From positions 4,712,001 to 4,776,000 of the forward strand of contig CAKKNE010000004.1 in assembly GCA_918797485.1 (NCBI GenBank): a stretch of DNA of 64,000 bases. Reading direction: 5' to 3'. The stretch comes from Pelagomonas calceolata. Its lineage: Eukaryota. A program made the position numbers and the translations under genes. Below the pieces are notes generated by a model. It was not told the DNA's origin and ran no database searches. It saw only the letters and a program-made list of their open reading frames with translations. Position 1 is the stretch's first letter, and each line of letters begins with the position of its first letter. Positions 61,619 through 64,000 of the stretch are shown one piece after another.

Positions 61619-63658
61619 ATGGTCTGGCAGCTGGACCCGGCGGCGGCGGCGCCGCGCGAGCGCGGCCGCTATGCGGCGCCGGAGCCGCCGCTCCAGCAGT
61701 ACGAGCTCCGCCGGAGCACGCCGCAGGAGCTCGTCGCGCGCGAGCGCGCGCGGAGCGAGCTCGCCGCGCGCGAGCGCGCGCGGTCCCTCTCGGACTCTGC
61801 GCGGGGCGAGCTCGTCACGCGCACCGAGGAGACGCGCGGCCCTGGACGGGGCCACTGGACGGATTTCACGCCGCCGCAGACGCAGCGGGGCGGCGCCGCG
61901 GCGGCGCCGCGCGACGAAGTCCCACAACGAAGCCCACCCGCGCCGTCGCCCAAGGCGCCGCCGCGGCCGCACAACCCTGATTTGATCGTGATCCACGTCT
62001 GCGACGAGGCGCGAAAGGTGTCGCGGGACTTCGCGTGCGACCGCGTGGTTTTGCTAAGGGAGATGCGCTACTTCCGGAGTTATCTGGGAGGCGGCGACGC
62101 GTGCGAGGACATCGACATATCCGTGCACTGCGACGTGCACATCTTCGAGTGGCTCGTGCAGTGGATCCACTCGCCGAACAAGCCGCCGCCGCTCGACGCG
62201 TCGAGCGTCGTCTCGATTCTTATTAGCTCCGAGTTCCTCGAGATGGCGAACTTGGTGGAGCACTGCCTGAAGTTCATGGCGGCGCACGTCGGCGAAATCT
62301 TGGAGATGCCCATCGACCTGGCCTGCGTCTCCGACGCGCTCGTCCAGCGCCTCGCGGCGCTGTGCCCCGCCGAGGTTTTGTGTGACTTGACGGACGCCAA
62401 GGATAAGTTGCTGCCCAAGCTGTACAAGCGGCGCCTGGAGCTGGACTTTCGGCACTCCTCGAAGGCGAACAAGCGCGACATTTTGAAATGTCGCCACTGC
62501 GACCGCCTCTACCCGGCCTGGGCCCAAACTAAATTATCCTGTGCGAAGGCGCCGCCGCGGATTGATAGGCGGGGGCACCTCTGCCTGCGCCACGAGCCTG
62601 TTGAAGAAAGGTGGTCCCTCACGGAGTACGTCGGCGAGCTCCACGCGGCGGGCATGCCCTGGGAGGAGGTCTACTGGACCATGTGGGCCGCGACGCACAT
62701 TTTCCGGTGCACGGCCTGCGACGAGTGGTTCGGCGCCGCGGATATGGAGAATTGCCGCCACCACCCGGGGCCGCAGGAATTTACAGATGACCATGCGCTC
62801 CGGGGAAAATACGCGTGCTGCGGCGCGGAGTGCCTGCGCTTCGCGGCCGGCGCCGTCGCGAAGGGCTGCGCGGCGCGGCGGCACGCCGTCTCGTCCATCG
62901 ACGGCTCGGCTTCACCGCAAACGCTGGCGCTGCTCGAGAAGCGCGACTGGGCCCGCACCGTTGAGCAAGAGGAGCCTGCAGAAAGGGCGTCGTCGTCCGA
63001 GCGCAGCCGCGCGCCGACGCCGGTGCCCGAGCCGCCCGAGCCCGCGCCCGTGGTCGTGCGGCCCCCGGAGCCCGCCGCGGAGCCCGCCGAGGAGCGGCCG
63101 GAGTCCCAGGAGCGGCCGGCGTCCCAGGAGAGAGCCGAGAAGCCCGAGGAGCCCAGGCTCGCGGCGAAGGTCGAGAAGAAGATCCGGAAGAAGGGCGCCG
63201 CCAAGAAGAAGCTCGCGAACGCCGTCAGGAAGGCTAACGGTGCGGTCAAGAAGAAGCTCGACCTCGCCGCGGCCGCCGCGAAGGCCCTCGAGGACGAGGC
63301 CGCGCGGAAGAAAGCGATGGCGGCGAAGGCGAAGGCCGCGGCGGAGCGCGCGCGGCGCCTCTTCTCGGTCTTCGGCGCGGCGCCGGACGGTGTGCATGCG
63401 CCGATGGACCACGAGCACCCGCTCGCGCGCGGCAAGGCCGCGAAACGGAGCGACGACGCCGCGGCGCTGTCGCCGCGGCGGCGCCGCGCCTACGAGATGG
63501 ACTGCGGCTGGCGCCTCGAGGACCAGGAGCGCATGGGCCAGCTGGCCCGGGCGTTGGTCGAGAGGCGGACGCCGCTCGCGGGCGCGCTCGCACGCGCGGA
63601 TCAGCAGGACGAGGAGGTCAAGGTCGAGAAGAAGGCCGAGGCGAAGCGGTGGCGGTAG
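61619..63658 (+). CDS. SANBR/KIAA1841-like (BTB-like + DUF3342) protein
   Basis: IVIHVCDE..RDF.C..LL.EMRYF, IDISVHCDVHIFEWL, VVSILISSEFLEM. Start placed at MVWQLD. Confidence 0.8.
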   Translation: MVWQLDPAAAAPRERGRYAAPEPPLQQYELRRSTPQELVARERARSELAARERARSLSDSARGELVTRTEETRGPGRGHWTDFTPPQTQRGGAAAAPRDEVPQRSPPAPSPKAPPRPHNPDLIVIHVCDEARKVSRDFACDRVVLLREMRYFRSYLGGGDACEDIDISVHCDVHIFEWLVQWIHSPNKPPPLDASSVVSILISSEFLEMANLVEHCLKFMAAHVGEILEMPIDLACVSDALVQRLAALCPAEVLCDLTDAKDKLLPKLYKRRLELDFRHSSKANKRDILKCRHCDRLYPAWAQTKLSCAKAPPRIDRRGHLCLRHEPVEERWSLTEYVGELHAAGMPWEEVYWTMWAATHIFRCTACDEWFGAADMENCRHHPGPQEFTDDHALRGKYACCGAECLRFAAGAVAKGCAARRHAVSSIDGSASPQTLALLEKRDWARTVEQEEPAERASSSERSRAPTPVPEPPEPAPVVVRPPEPAAEPAEERPESQERPASQERAEKPEEPRLAAKVEKKIRKKGAAKKKLANAVRKANGAVKKKLDLAAAAAKALEDEAARKKAMAAKAKAAAERARRLFSVFGAAPDGVHAPMDHEHPLARGKAAKRSDDAAALSPRRRRAYEMDCGWRLEDQERMGQLARALVERRTPLAGALARADQQDEEVKVEKKAEAKRWR

Positions 63659-63697
63659 TAGTCCTGAGAGGTTATCTTAAGTTGTTCAAATGGTGAC

Positions 63698-63720
63698 GCT
63701 AGCGGCCGGTAAGACACTAG
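63698..63720. promoter_or_regulatory. CTAG-N-CTAG upstream motif
   Basis: GCTAGCGGCCGGTAAGACACTAG, one mismatch to 11055-11077, about 200 bp upstream of the ATG at 63919. Confidence 0.55.
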
Positions 63721-63918
63721 AACCGCCATGAAAAATTGCCAATTATTTGCTTAGAGCTAGGCCGCCTAGCCGCCACGACCTGTTGCTGCTTGTGCTCATG
63801 CCGTGCGTATGCTCGCGTGCTAGCACCGATGGGCAGTGAATACATGCCGTCGGGGCGCGATTGATGTCGGTTTGAGGCAGCCCCTCCATCAATAGCAACT
63901 TTTGGGCAGGTCTGAGGC

Positions 63919-64000
63919 ATGCGTACGGTGCTCGTCGCTGCGGCCCTCGCCCAGGCGCTGGACTACAGCGCCGTCCGATGGGGGCCCAGCCGCCAGCAGA
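63919..64000 (+). CDS. Start of a gene with a signal peptide, truncated by the window edge
   Basis: MRTVLVAAALAQALDYSAVRWG, open to the end of the window. Confidence 0.45.
   Translation, partial: MRTVLVAAALAQALDYSAVRWGPSRQQ

Noticed and set aside
50..63680. Hundreds of overlapping Arg/Ala/Pro-rich ORFs in the ORF track, e.g. 24789-25991, 31142-32311, 59316-60527, 62541-63680
   Set aside because: These are alternative-frame or antisense shadows of real genes, expected in high-GC DNA with few stop codons.
1..64000. tRNA, rRNA or telomeric repeats; an autonomous transposase for the introners
   Set aside because: None recognised by eye. A covariance-model or HMM search would be needed to exclude them.

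Overview
Gene-dense, GC-rich eukaryotic DNA. Bipartite plastid-targeting presequences (ASAF/AVAF/ATAF), fucoxanthin-chlorophyll LHC genes and short transposon-like introns point to an alga with a secondary red plastid, most likely a pelagophyte such as Pelagomonas or Aureococcus (inference). About 35 protein-coding genes are present. They include DNA polymerase epsilon, HIS7, RIO2, RPL23A, plastid rpl28, RimP, TruB, SDHAF2, two MATE transporters, and a photosynthesis cluster (SBPase, FBPase, four LHCs of which three are near-identical). The most notable structure is non-coding. (1) A family of introner-type DNA transposons acts as spliceosomal introns: terminal inverted repeats CTGTGTGGAAATCAA...TTGATTTCCACACAG supply the AG acceptor, roughly 8-bp target-site duplications supply the GT/GC donor, and both orientations occur. 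(2) A 15-mer CGCCATCGACGCGAC recurs in introns and intergenic spacers. (3) A MITE-like element fills a convergent intergenic gap. (4) A CTAG-N12-15-CTAG motif (GCTAGCGGCCTGTAAGACACTAG) recurs upstream of genes. Unusual protein architectures include HIRAN+AlkB-like, WD40+TRP-like channel, PhyH dioxygenase with inserted Myb repeats plus a sulfotransferase, and a truncated GluTR-like protein. All calls are from reading the sequence by eye; no searches were run.
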